In this document: positions 47,655 through 56,040 of the stretch, one piece after another
How the letters are laid out: each line of letters begins with the position of its first letter
How positions within the stretch are numbered: position 1 is the stretch's first letter
Assembly: GCA_016206085.1 (NCBI GenBank)
Contig: JACQSF010000005.1
Span: 1,337-65,336 of the forward strand
Source of the DNA: Candidatus Uhrbacteria bacterium
Lineage (GTDB): Bacteria > Patescibacteriota > Patescibacteriia > UBA9934 > GWF2-40-263
DNA: 64,000 nucleotides
Direction: 5' to 3'
The notes under the pieces: generated by a model
Database searches by the model: none
Seen by the model: only the letters and a program-made list of their open reading frames with translations
Told to the model about the DNA's origin: nothing
Translations under genes and position numbers: made by a program

Positions 47655-47711
47655 CATCCTCTGGCGTTTTGGTAGACGTCCAGTGTCCAGTCAACCCACG
47701 GAGATCGTGAC

Positions 47712-49283
47712 ATGAGCCTTCCCTCCGCTTCAACCGCCCTCGCCCTCCCGGAACGCGTCCCCGCGCTCCTGCGGATCTACAACGATCTGCTCGACCTGGC
47801 CGCGCGCGTGCTGCGCAACAGCCTCAAGCGCGGCCGCGGCAAGCCGCCCAGCCTGGGGCAGTGCCGCAAGATCATCGAAGAGCACGTCGTGTGGGATCCC
47901 AAGTCCCCCGGCGTTCCCTTCGTCGCCCACGCCCCCTTCGCCGTCAGCCGCGAGACCGTCGGCTGGACCATCCGGCAGAAGACGACGCGCGACGGTGTCC
48001 CGGTGTTCGAGGGCGACAAGCCCAAGACCATCCTCGCCGCCGTGAAGGACTTCGTAATCGCCTGTGAGGTCAACATGCCTTCGGGCAAGGGTGGCGCGCG
48101 CGAAGATCGGCAGGTCGTCCCGCTCATCACCTGCGACGGCCGCGGTGGGCTCATGCCCTACGTCACGATCGACGAGCAGGGCGAGATCCTGCCCGGCGCC
48201 CCGCTGCTGTCCATCTTCATCCGCGACTTCGACCCAAGGGATCCCAAGAAGTCCAAGGACCGCGTCCGCGCGATCCCGCTGGGGCTCGCGAGGATCGAGA
48301 ACATCGACCGCTGGAACACGGTGGTCGCGCGCATGGCGTCTCAGGGCGGCAGCTCCTGGCAGCACATCCAGGCCATCCCCAACAGCCTCCTGCGAACGGT
48401 CCAGTACCTGACGCTCCAGCCCGGAGGACTCACGGAAACCCAGGGCCAGATGGCCATGTGGAAGCGTTCCGAGGACTTCAACCCCGACAGGCCCGACTTC
48501 TGGATCGTGGAACGGCTGCTGGGCAAGGCGGCGACGCTGGACCCCAGGAGCCGCAGCATCATCATCCAGGGCGAGGGCCGCGAGGCCGACGTTCCGGAGC
48601 AGATCTTCCTCATCGAGGAGGGCTGGAACTCGGTCGTCCTGCGGGTCTGGGGTCTCCCCGGGCAGCTCGGCGAGATCAACCTGCGCGAACTCGACATCGA
48701 GGAGACGCGGCTGGACGTGCTGGCCCTCTTCCGGGTCAGCTACTACGAGGTCAACCCCCGCAGCGGGGTCGCCATCCTGCGCGCTGCAATGGGCAAACCG
48801 CCCATGGATCAGCTCGTCGCGTGGGGGCTCATCCCACCGGACAGCAGTGTCGATCTGGCGCGTTCGACCCTCAGGGGCATGTCCACCATGATTCGTCAGC
48901 GGGTGGAGGAACAGGTCACCACGGCCTACAACGACCTGGTGCGCCTGCTGGGACCCGGTGGGGCGCAGAACCACGGCCTGTCCCTCGCGGACGCGCTTGG
49001 CTCCACCAGGGAGCACCCCGTCGAGCCCACCCCGGAGCTGCTCCGGCAGGTGCACGACAGCATCGACGAGGATCTCCTCGCGGTAGCCATCGTCAGCAGT
49101 TCCGTAGCCAAGGAGCTCGGGCTGGAGGTCTGGGCCGGCGACTGCTGGGTTCTCGTCGAGACCCGCAAGACGCTCCTGCTCGCCCTGGCCGCCTCGGCCG
49201 GGATCGAGATGGCGCCCCCGCCCACGCCGCCCGAGGCTCCCGCGGCCGCCACCGGCGACCAGCCGCCCGCCACGACCCCCTGA
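47712..49283 (+). CDS. hypothetical protein, 523 aa, extremely GC-rich orphan
   Basis: Third codon positions are almost all G/C in this frame, and the amino-acid composition is balanced. The 519-aa antisense ORF is Arg/Gly/Pro-rich junk. No recognised catalytic or binding motif. Confidence 0.6.
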   Translation: MSLPSASTALALPERVPALLRIYNDLLDLAARVLRNSLKRGRGKPPSLGQCRKIIEEHVVWDPKSPGVPFVAHAPFAVSRETVGWTIRQKTTRDGVPVFEGDKPKTILAAVKDFVIACEVNMPSGKGGAREDRQVVPLITCDGRGGLMPYVTIDEQGEILPGAPLLSIFIRDFDPRDPKKSKDRVRAIPLGLARIENIDRWNTVVARMASQGGSSWQHIQAIPNSLLRTVQYLTLQPGGLTETQGQMAMWKRSEDFNPDRPDFWIVERLLGKAATLDPRSRSIIIQGEGREADVPEQIFLIEEGWNSVVLRVWGLPGQLGEINLRELDIEETRLDVLALFRVSYYEVNPRSGVAILRAAMGKPPMDQLVAWGLIPPDSSVDLARSTLRGMSTMIRQRVEEQVTTAYNDLVRLLGPGGAQNHGLSLADALGSTREHPVEPTPELLRQVHDSIDEDLLAVAIVSSSVAKELGLEVWAGDCWVLVETRKTLLLALAASAGIEMAPPPTPPEAPAAATGDQPPATTP

Positions 49284-49299
49284 GGCCACGCCTCAACGC

Positions 49300-49352
49300 C
49301 CGCTCGAAGCAGAACCACCTCGTGGTACCTACTCTCGAGCGGCTTTTCTTTT
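49300..49352 (+). terminator. candidate terminator after the 47712-49283 gene
   Basis: 8-bp stem ccgctcga / tcgagcgg (49300-49307 and 49335-49342) followed by cttttctttt. The loop is long (27 nt) and contains the small hairpin ccac-ctc-gtgg. Confidence 0.35.
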
Positions 49353-49358
49353 CCGACA

Positions 49359-49488
49359 GAGACCTCTGCAAAAGTCGCGATCTTGCGGCTTACGGGCGCC
49401 CGCCGACCCCACTCTCCCTATGTTGCATAGGGTTCGTGGGGCTCGGCAGCCCGTGCACCGCAATCTCATCGACTTTTGCAGAGGTCTC
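49359..49488. other. 130-nt GC-rich rod-like hairpin (unclassified structured element)
   Basis: A perfect 19-bp closing stem, gagacctctgcaaaagtcg / cgacttttgcagaggtctc. Further nested pairings are ttgcgg/ccgcaa, acgggc/gcccgt, ccgacccca/tggggctcgg and ccctatg/cataggg. Confidence 0.6.
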
Positions 49489-49546
49489 GACAAGATTAGA
49501 CCTGTTGCCAAATAATTTTATGCCTGTTGATTCACCTCTGAAACCA

Positions 49547-49582
49547 ACGATCAATTATGTCCGATCGGACATAATTGATCGT
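49547..49582. repeat. perfect 36-nt palindrome acgatcaattatgtccgatcggacataattgatcgt
   Basis: Read directly from the sequence. It contains three GATC sites. Confidence 0.75.
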
Positions 49583-49654
49583 GCCCACAAATTGGTTAGG
49601 CACAAAATGATAAATCTTTCCTACAAAAAATCGACCATCGCTGGTCGATTCCCT

Positions 49655-49688
49655 ACGATCAATTTTGTCCGGTCGGACAATTTAGATC
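49655..49688. repeat. degenerate second copy of the 36-nt palindrome, overlapping the tatD stop codon
   Basis: In acgatcaattttgtccggtcggacaatttagatc, the left half differs from copy 1 at one position and the right half has diverged. Centre-to-centre distance from copy 1 is about 108 bp. Confidence 0.55.
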
Positions 49689-50539
49689 ACAAGCTGAAAG
49701 ATCGTCTTTGTATTCTCATATGTATGGTTCGCGACCTGGTCGATCGTCACCCCTTTCAACTCTGCCAGCTTTTTGGCGACATACTCGACCCGCCAGGGTT
49801 CATTTCGTTTTCCGCGATCTGGTGCTGGCGTGAGATACGGGGAATCTGTTTCAACAAGCAATCGCTCCAGTGGCAGCGCCCTGGCAACTTCCTGCAAGTT
49901 TTTCGCAAACGTAAGGATGCCACTGAACGAGATGTAAAAACCCAAATCAACAAACGCCTGCGCCTCCTCCAGCGTCCCGGTAAAACAATGAATAACACCT
50001 CGTCGTGCCAGCTTCCCTGCCCCGATCGCCTCGCGGATCATGACCGCCTGCTGAGGATAGGCATCCCGGCAATGAATCACGATAGGCTTGCTGGTCTCTG
50101 TCGCGAGATCAAACTGCGCCCGCACGGTTTCTTCTTGTCGACGAATGACTTCTGCGCGATCAGCGCTCTCGGGGATTCGATAATAATCCAGTCCAAACTC
50201 CCCGATGCCGACACACTTCGGATGCTTTGCAAGTTCGCGGTAATAATCCATATCAAACTTCTCCGTGCGCGTTTTGATCTTTGGTGTTGCCTGCTCTTCT
50301 GGTGGAAGTTCATCGTTGTCCCAAAACTCCTGTTCGACGGTGTGGTTAGGATGAAGCCCCACCGTCGCCCACATCCCCTTGTAACGTTCGGCGACTTTCA
50401 GACCATGCGCAGACGTATCTTTTTGCGTTCCAACGGTAATCATAAAAACCCCATGATCCAGGGTTCTTTTGATCACGTCATCCATGTCCTCTCGGTACGC
50501 ATTAAAATGCACATGACAGTGTGAATCGATGAGGCGCAT
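49682..50539 (-). CDS. tatD: TatD-family metal-dependent hydrolase (DNase)
   Basis: MRLIDSHCHVHFNAY ... GEFGLDYY ... IHCRDA ... VIHCF ... ETDSPYLTP. Confidence 0.85.
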   Translation of the reverse strand: MRLIDSHCHVHFNAYREDMDDVIKRTLDHGVFMITVGTQKDTSAHGLKVAERYKGMWATVGLHPNHTVEQEFWDNDELPPEEQATPKIKTRTEKFDMDYYRELAKHPKCVGIGEFGLDYYRIPESADRAEVIRRQEETVRAQFDLATETSKPIVIHCRDAYPQQAVMIREAIGAGKLARRGVIHCFTGTLEEAQAFVDLGFYISFSGILTFAKNLQEVARALPLERLLVETDSPYLTPAPDRGKRNEPWRVEYVAKKLAELKGVTIDQVANHTYENTKTIFQLVI

Positions 50540-50540
50540 A

Positions 50541-51089
50541 TCACTGTACGGGTTCTGAAATGACTGTCACGGCCGAGTTCGTCGCTGATTCAACGGACTG
50601 ACGAGCTGCTTCAGGAAAAAAGACCTGCAGCACACTCATAATGGTCAACAGAAAATCTGCAACGACAGAAGTTTCCAACGTTGTACGCAGCGCATCATCA
50701 GGAAGAACTAACATCGCGTAAAACAAAACAACACCAACGACGATCACGCCTTCAACACATCCAAACAACCCGCCCAGAAATTTGTCCAAGGACCGCGCAA
50801 ATGGAATCCATGCGAGCACATTGAAAATTCTTCCAACGAACCAAAAAACAATACCTAGGAGTCGCGTGATAATAAAAAAGATCAAAATAAAAACAATAAT
50901 CCTCGAGATCGTTCCGCCGCCAAACAAAAACCCAAACGTCTCAAACGCCGGATCTACAAGTCGAGAAGCAAACAAGGTCCCAACGATCGTTCCCAGCAGC
51001 GAGCCCAGTGTATGAACAAGCCCGAAAAAAAAACCGAAAAAGACGAATGCGCCGACAATGACCATGAGAACGATGTCAATGAAGCCCAC
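50541..51089 (-). CDS. cvpA: CvpA-family membrane protein
   Basis: MGFIDIVLMVIVGAFVFFGFFFGLVHTLGSLLG, four TM helices, and a typical size. Confidence 0.65.
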   Translation of the reverse strand: MGFIDIVLMVIVGAFVFFGFFFGLVHTLGSLLGTIVGTLFASRLVDPAFETFGFLFGGGTISRIIVFILIFFIITRLLGIVFWFVGRIFNVLAWIPFARSLDKFLGGLFGCVEGVIVVGVVLFYAMLVLPDDALRTTLETSVVADFLLTIMSVLQVFFPEAARQSVESATNSAVTVISEPVQ

Positions 51090-51100
51090 AAAAAAAGGTG

Positions 51101-52558
51101 TTAGGTGGAAAGGGGGGAAGGTGGGAAGGAAGCAGTCAAATCGCGTCGAGGGAACAAGGACTCTCCAACGAGAATAACTTTATCATAGCGACGGAGGATT
51201 TCTGAACTTGTCTGTGGAAGAACCGGCGCGAGTGCACGACCAATCCAACGGATCTGCTGTGAGATCATCGACAATACCTGCTTGGCCGCTGCTTCGTCTT
51301 GTTTCACAAGTTTAAACGGTTCTTTTTTGTCGACTTCCTCGTTTGCCTCGTCCACTACAGCAAAAACTTCATCGAGGTAAACCTTGAAGTCGTACTGAGC
51401 AATAGCCTCGTCGAGCGTTTTTTGTCGACCCGACCAGTCAATGTCAACTTCATCGAGCTTCCCCTCAAAATACTTCACACTCATGGCCGCCACGCGACTC
51501 ACCAAATTCCCCAAACGGTTGGCAAGCTCGGCATAGCGTTCCTCCATCCGCTCACGCGAAAAATCGCCGTCGTCATGGGAGGGAATTTCTCGAAGGAGAT
51601 AATAACGCAGCGCGTCCGTCCCGTACTCTTTCACTTCGTCAAACGGATCCACCACGTTTCCAAGACTCTTGCTCATCTTCTGTCCGCCTGAGGTGATAAA
51701 GCCATGAATGAAAATCTGCTTGCTTGGCGCAACACCTGCAGACATCAACATCGCCTGCCACATCGCTGATTGTTGGCGCAGGTTATCTTTTCCCGCAACT
51801 TGCACACCTGGCCAGAACCTGAACGCACCACTCTCATCGGGCCAGCCCAGGGTTGAAATGTAGTTCACGAGCGCATCAAACCAAACATACATGACCTGCA
51901 TTTCATCGCCTGGTACCGGCACGCCCCAGGGCATCTTGGATGCGATGCGCGAGATACTAAAGTCTTTCAGCCCGCCCTCCACGAATGTCTTAATCTCACG
52001 CAGACGATTCTCTGGTACGACAAAGTCGGGATGCTTCTCGTAAAGGTCTAGCAGTGGCTGCTGGTAGTTTGAAAATTTGAAGAAGTAATTCTCTTCATCG
52101 ACGAGCTGAAGTTCGAGATTTGGATGCACAGGACATCGGTTATCGACGAGCTCGGAGTCGGTCTTCTCCAGCTCACAGCCCACGCAGTACTTCACTTGGT
52201 AACGCGCTTTGTAAATATCCCCTCGCGCCTCACAGCGTTTCCAAAATTCTTGCGCGGCCGCCTCATGCTTGGGATCACTCGTCTGAATGAAATTCGTGTA
52301 CGAAAGATTCAGCGTATCCTTGAGTGCATCAAACTTCGCCGCATATTCATCGACGTACGCCTTGGGCTCCTTCCCTTCCTCGAGTGCCTTCTCGTAAATT
52401 TTTTGCCCATGCTCATCTGTACCGGTATTGAAAATAACTTCCTCTCCGCGCAGCCGATGATATCGCGCCAATGCGTCGGCCTGCACAATCTCAAGCGCAA
52501 ACCCAATGTGGGGTTTCGCGTTTACGTACGGAAGGGTCGTGGTGATGTAATACTTCAT
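51101..52558 (-). CDS. metG: methionine--tRNA ligase (short form)
   Basis: YYITTTLPYVNAKPHIGFA (HIGH), zinc knuckle CVGCE...CPVH, and KMSKSLGN. The C-terminal 9 residues and the stop are encoded by the repeat at 51104-51129. Confidence 0.92.
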   Translation of the reverse strand: MKYYITTTLPYVNAKPHIGFALEIVQADALARYHRLRGEEVIFNTGTDEHGQKIYEKALEEGKEPKAYVDEYAAKFDALKDTLNLSYTNFIQTSDPKHEAAAQEFWKRCEARGDIYKARYQVKYCVGCELEKTDSELVDNRCPVHPNLELQLVDEENYFFKFSNYQQPLLDLYEKHPDFVVPENRLREIKTFVEGGLKDFSISRIASKMPWGVPVPGDEMQVMYVWFDALVNYISTLGWPDESGAFRFWPGVQVAGKDNLRQQSAMWQAMLMSAGVAPSKQIFIHGFITSGGQKMSKSLGNVVDPFDEVKEYGTDALRYYLLREIPSHDDGDFSRERMEERYAELANRLGNLVSRVAAMSVKYFEGKLDEVDIDWSGRQKTLDEAIAQYDFKVYLDEVFAVVDEANEEVDKKEPFKLVKQDEAAAKQVLSMISQQIRWIGRALAPVLPQTSSEILRRYDKVILVGESLFPRRDLTASFPPSPLST

Positions 52559-53256
52559 AGGGGAGCTAACACGATCACAAATTCGCCTTTGATACTAGTG
52601 GATGTAAGCGCTGCTGTCACTTCTGCGGCTGTTCCTCGATAAATCGTTTCGTGGAGTTTGGTGAGTTCACGACAGACGACAAGGTGACGAGATGGCGTGC
52701 GCTTGTTGATCTCCTCAAGCGACTTGATGATGCGGTGTGTGCTTTCGTAGATAACGGCCGTCGACTCGATCAATGCAAGCCGGTCAAAATACGTCTGTCG
52801 TCCCTTCTTGTTGGGCGGAAACCCTAGAAAGAGAAACTCATCGGCTGGCACACCCGCGATCGACAATGCGGCAATCACGGCTGAGGGTCCGGGCACAGGC
52901 CTGACGACATTTTCTCGTAGGTACGAAATTTTGTCGGCAGACTTTTCGAAACGGTTGACGACCGCTTCGACGAGCTTTCCACCTGGATCGCTGATGCCTG
53001 GCGTTCCGGCATCGGTCACGAGCGCGAGGTCATGACCTTGCTCAAGCAAGTCGAGAATCTTTTTTGTTTTGTCGTCGCCCGAGTGTTGATGATAGGACAT
53101 CATCGGTGTCCTGATCCCAAAGTGATGCAACAACTTCCCAGTCACACGCGTGTCCTCGCACAAGACGGTTTGAACCAAACCCAGCGTGGTCTTTGCCCGC
53201 TCGCTCAAATCACTCAGGTTCCCAATCGGTGTGGCAACAACAAACAGCGTGGCCAT
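52555..53256 (-). CDS. rsmI: 16S rRNA (cytidine1402-2'-O)-methyltransferase
   Basis: LFVVATPIGNLSDLSERAKTTLGLVQTVLCEDTR ... DAGTPGISDPG. Confidence 0.9.
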   Translation of the reverse strand: MATLFVVATPIGNLSDLSERAKTTLGLVQTVLCEDTRVTGKLLHHFGIRTPMMSYHQHSGDDKTKKILDLLEQGHDLALVTDAGTPGISDPGGKLVEAVVNRFEKSADKISYLRENVVRPVPGPSAVIAALSIAGVPADEFLFLGFPPNKKGRQTYFDRLALIESTAVIYESTHRIIKSLEEINKRTPSRHLVVCRELTKLHETIYRGTAAEVTAALTSTSIKGEFVIVLAPL

Positions 53257-53258
53257 AC

Positions 53259-53996
53259 TTATCCCTTCTTCAAACTATCGATCGCTCGGAGGATTTCGAG
53301 GGGAACGGCGAAGATGATCGTGTTGGATGCATCGGAGGATACGTCATTGATGGTGTTGAGCGTACGCAAGTGAAGCGCACCGCTCGAGCCGGAAAGAATC
53401 CCTGCTGCCTCGGCGAGATTTTTTGCCGCCTCCACTTCTCCCATGGAATTGATAACCACCGCTCGACGCTCACGTTCGGCCTCGGCTTGCTTGGCCATCG
53501 TGCGTTTCATTTCCTCTGGGAGCGTGATGTCCTTCAACTCTACATTGTCGACTTGAATCCCCCACGGGTCTGTCAAAACATCGACGATATCTTTAATCTT
53601 CTTTGAGGCCTCCTCACGCTGGCTCAGCAATTGATCCAGATCCATTTCTCCCACAACATTACGCATCGTGGTCTGCGCAAGCTGGCTCACGGCGTAGTAA
53701 AAGTTCTCGACCTCAATGAACGACTTGGCGGCGTCTTTCACTTTATAATAGATGACGGCGTTAATGCGCGCGGAAATGTTATCGCGAGTAATGGCTTCCT
53801 GATCAGGAACGTCAACCGCCTTCACGCGCACGTCTACTTTTCGCATGATCTGGAATGGCCAGAAAACAAACTTGAGTCCAGGTCCCTTGGTGTGCGTGTA
53901 TCTTCCAAGCAAGAAAATGACACCACGTTGATACTCAAAGATCACACGAATAGTCGTGAGGACGTACAGGATGATGATCGCAACGAGAAACTCCAT
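53259..53996 (-). CDS. SPFH/Band-7 (stomatin/slipin-like) protein
   Basis: N-terminal TM helix, then IFEYQRGVIFLLGRY...GPGLKF..., and a coiled region AEAERERRA. Confidence 0.85.
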   Translation of the reverse strand: MEFLVAIIILYVLTTIRVIFEYQRGVIFLLGRYTHTKGPGLKFVFWPFQIMRKVDVRVKAVDVPDQEAITRDNISARINAVIYYKVKDAAKSFIEVENFYYAVSQLAQTTMRNVVGEMDLDQLLSQREEASKKIKDIVDVLTDPWGIQVDNVELKDITLPEEMKRTMAKQAEAERERRAVVINSMGEVEAAKNLAEAAGILSGSSGALHLRTLNTINDVSSDASNTIIFAVPLEILRAIDSLKKG

Positions 53997-53999
53997 ATC

Positions 54000-54905
54000 T
54001 TATTCGTTAGGTGAATAAATCTGCGTCTCTGGATGCATGGCTGCCCACGCGAACCAGTAGGAAGGAACGAGAACGTCGCTTTCTTCGATGATCGATTGAA
54101 TCGTATCAAATTCCTCGAGGCTGTCCACGGGAAATGCAACGGCCGTTCCCTGACGTTCGACACCAAGGACGAAAGACTTGGGGGGAAGTCGTGCATCATC
54201 ATGATCAAGCGGAAACCAAATCGCGGTGGTCTCGTAGTACCCCTCATAGGGATCCTGCGTGTAGTCTCGATCAAATCCTGTTTCGCGAGAAAGGACCTGT
54301 CCAAAGGAATACTCAGACTTAAACATCGCCCAGGTCGTGACCTGTGAGGGATACCGCGTCAGTTTCGTTTCCGTGAGTTCCCCTTCAATGACCTCCCCAC
54401 GTAATTGACTCCAGAGTGACTCTGTTGTTCGATCGTACAAGAGCGTGTTGCTGTTCCATAGTTTCCCTGAGACACCAAATGTATCTGTTCGATCGTAGAC
54501 AGCCGCCGTGTATGTGAGTGGATCAAACGTCACGAGGAGATCACGACCATTAAGTGTTTCGTTGACGACCTCATGCCAGACGAGAATTTGAAACGGATAG
54601 AATCGTGTGCGACTCCCAACCTCTACGACCATGCCATAGCCGGCGTCATTGAGATACATGTCCGCACTCGCAACAGACTCATATTCAGGTGCATCAATGG
54701 CTGGAATGTCATCTTTATGCGCGGTACCCAGAACGATCTGGTAGATCTCACTGGACTCAATCAAGACAGGCGTACGATAATATCGATACTGGTACCAAAA
54801 GATCGCTCCCACGACGAGAACAAAGATAGAGAGAAACATCCACGTGTTTCGAGACATAGCAACGATTTGGATTGACTGACTCGTGTAATACGTTACCATA
54901 CCCAC
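54000..54905 (-). CDS. DUF3179-domain protein (membrane-anchored)
   Basis: IPAIDAP...YPFQILVWHEVVNE...VTFDPLTYTAAVYDR...SGKLWNSNTLLYDRTTESLWSQ matches the remembered DUF3179 pattern. The start may be ATG 54857. Confidence 0.65.
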   Translation of the reverse strand: MGMVTYYTSQSIQIVAMSRNTWMFLSIFVLVVGAIFWYQYRYYRTPVLIESSEIYQIVLGTAHKDDIPAIDAPEYESVASADMYLNDAGYGMVVEVGSRTRFYPFQILVWHEVVNETLNGRDLLVTFDPLTYTAAVYDRTDTFGVSGKLWNSNTLLYDRTTESLWSQLRGEVIEGELTETKLTRYPSQVTTWAMFKSEYSFGQVLSRETGFDRDYTQDPYEGYYETTAIWFPLDHDDARLPPKSFVLGVERQGTAVAFPVDSLEEFDTIQSIIEESDVLVPSYWFAWAAMHPETQIYSPNE

Positions 54906-54936
54906 GGATCATTTACTTCTCATAACCCCACTCACT

Positions 54937-55494
54937 ATGGACGAATTCATCGAAAACATGCACGCGCCTCAAATGGCACACGTAAGCAAGCCCGCTCCCA
55001 AGTTTGATGTGGAGACGGTAGTAAAAGGCGGAGAGTTCTCTCGTACAACGCTTGAGGACTACAAAGGCACGTGGCTTGTGCTCTTCTTCTATCCGCTCGA
55101 CTTCACCTTTGTGTGTCCAACGGAAATCACTGGTTTCTCAAAACGCTACAACGAATTCAAAGCGCTTGGGGCGGAGGTTCTTGGAGGTTCGACTGACTCC
55201 GTCCATTCGCACAAAACTTGGCTCAAGGAACTGGGTGACCTCAATTTCCCGCTCTTCTCCGACATCACACGTGACATGAGCTGGGACTACGGCGTGCTCC
55301 TGCCCGAGCAAGGCATCGCCCTTCGCGGTACGTTCATCATCGACCCAGAAGGCATCCTGCGCTATGCGCTCTACCACGACCTAGGCGTCGGCCGCTCCGT
55401 CGACGAAACTCTGCGCGTGCTCAAAGCCCTCCAAACGGGCGAACTTTGCCCAGTTGGTTGGACAGAAGGCGACAAAACTCTCGGTAAGGCATAA
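54937..55494 (+). CDS. 2-Cys peroxiredoxin (AhpC/Prx1 type)
   Basis: WLVLFFYPLDFTFVCPTEI and the resolving-Cys region GELCPVGW. Confidence 0.9.
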   Translation: MDEFIENMHAPQMAHVSKPAPKFDVETVVKGGEFSRTTLEDYKGTWLVLFFYPLDFTFVCPTEITGFSKRYNEFKALGAEVLGGSTDSVHSHKTWLKELGDLNFPLFSDITRDMSWDYGVLLPEQGIALRGTFIIDPEGILRYALYHDLGVGRSVDETLRVLKALQTGELCPVGWTEGDKTLGKA

Positions 55495-55495
55495 A

Positions 55496-55527
55496 CAAAA
55501 ATCGGGCATCGGCCCGATTTTTTTATT
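55496..55527. terminator. bidirectional Rho-independent terminator between convergent prx and grx genes
   Basis: aaaaatcgggc-atcg-gcccgattttt, a perfect 11-bp stem flanked by A and T runs. Confidence 0.6.
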
Positions 55528-55756
55528 GAATCTTGAGAAGCTCCGCGAGTTTCTTCTGGTCAAACCCAACGACGATCTCGCCGTCGATGTCGATGACGGG
55601 CACGCCCATTTGTCCAGACTTGTGAATCATCTCCGAGGCCTTTTCCTGATTGGACATGACATCAATGTCAGTGAACTCCATGTTGTGCTCTTTGAGGTAC
55701 GCTTTCGTCTGTTTGCAAAAAGGACAGGTTGGAGTGGAGTAGATAGTCACGGACAT
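55523..55756 (-). CDS. glutaredoxin (NrdH/Grx-like, CPFC)
   Basis: VTIYSTPTCPFCKQTKAYLKEHNMEFTDIDV ... GVPVIDIDGEIVVGFD. Confidence 0.8.
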   Translation of the reverse strand: MSVTIYSTPTCPFCKQTKAYLKEHNMEFTDIDVMSNQEKASEMIHKSGQMGVPVIDIDGEIVVGFDQKKLAELLKIQ

Positions 55757-55758
55757 AA

Positions 55759-56037
55759 CTAGGAGGTTATGAGTTTTACGAGCTCGGGAATATCTTGTTC
55801 CTGAACGCGACCGAGCCAGATATTATCAGGCATGATCACCACCGTGGGACCGGTTGAGCAACGATCCAGGCATCCAGATTTGGACACACGAATCTTCGGA
55901 TCCGCCGCTGCCACCGCAAACTTAATTTTCTGGTGGAGTTCAGCCGAGCCCTTGTCTGCACAACACTCACGGCCGTCGTGACGCTCATTGGTGCAAACCA
56001 GAACAAGCTTTCGAAAGTTGGTATCTATCTGGTACAT
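55759..56037 (-). CDS. thioredoxin-like [2Fe-2S] ferredoxin
   Basis: VCTNERHDGRECCADKG ... SGCLDRCSTGPTVVIMPD (Cys pattern of the 2Fe-2S thioredoxin-like family). Confidence 0.6.
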   Translation of the reverse strand: MYQIDTNFRKLVLVCTNERHDGRECCADKGSAELHQKIKFAVAAADPKIRVSKSGCLDRCSTGPTVVIMPDNIWLGRVQEQDIPELVKLITS

Positions 56038-56040
56038 AGT

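Noticed and set aside
47730-49289. 519-aa ORF on the minus strand, antisense to the GC-rich 47712-49283 gene
   Set aside because: The product is dominated by Arg/Gly/Pro/Ala runs, which is typical of the antisense frame of a high-GC gene. The G/C-at-third-position pattern fits the plus-strand frame, and the plus-strand frame also has a promoter, an RBS and a terminator.
49359-49488. Retron msr/msd, tRNA or tmRNA-like interpretation of the long hairpin
   Set aside because: Flanking inverted repeats superficially recall retron a1/a2, and ggttcgtgggg recalls a T-arm. However, there is no reverse transcriptase ORF anywhere in the window, no cloverleaf can be drawn, and the fold is a single unbranched rod.
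48458-50524. 688-aa plus-strand ORF spanning the island, the non-coding hairpin region and tatD
   Set aside because: It is an out-of-frame read-through of the GC-rich gene. It then runs through a terminator, a 130-nt hairpin and palindromes, and finally runs antisense to a well-supported tatD. The composition is Arg/Pro/Gly junk followed by low-complexity sequence.
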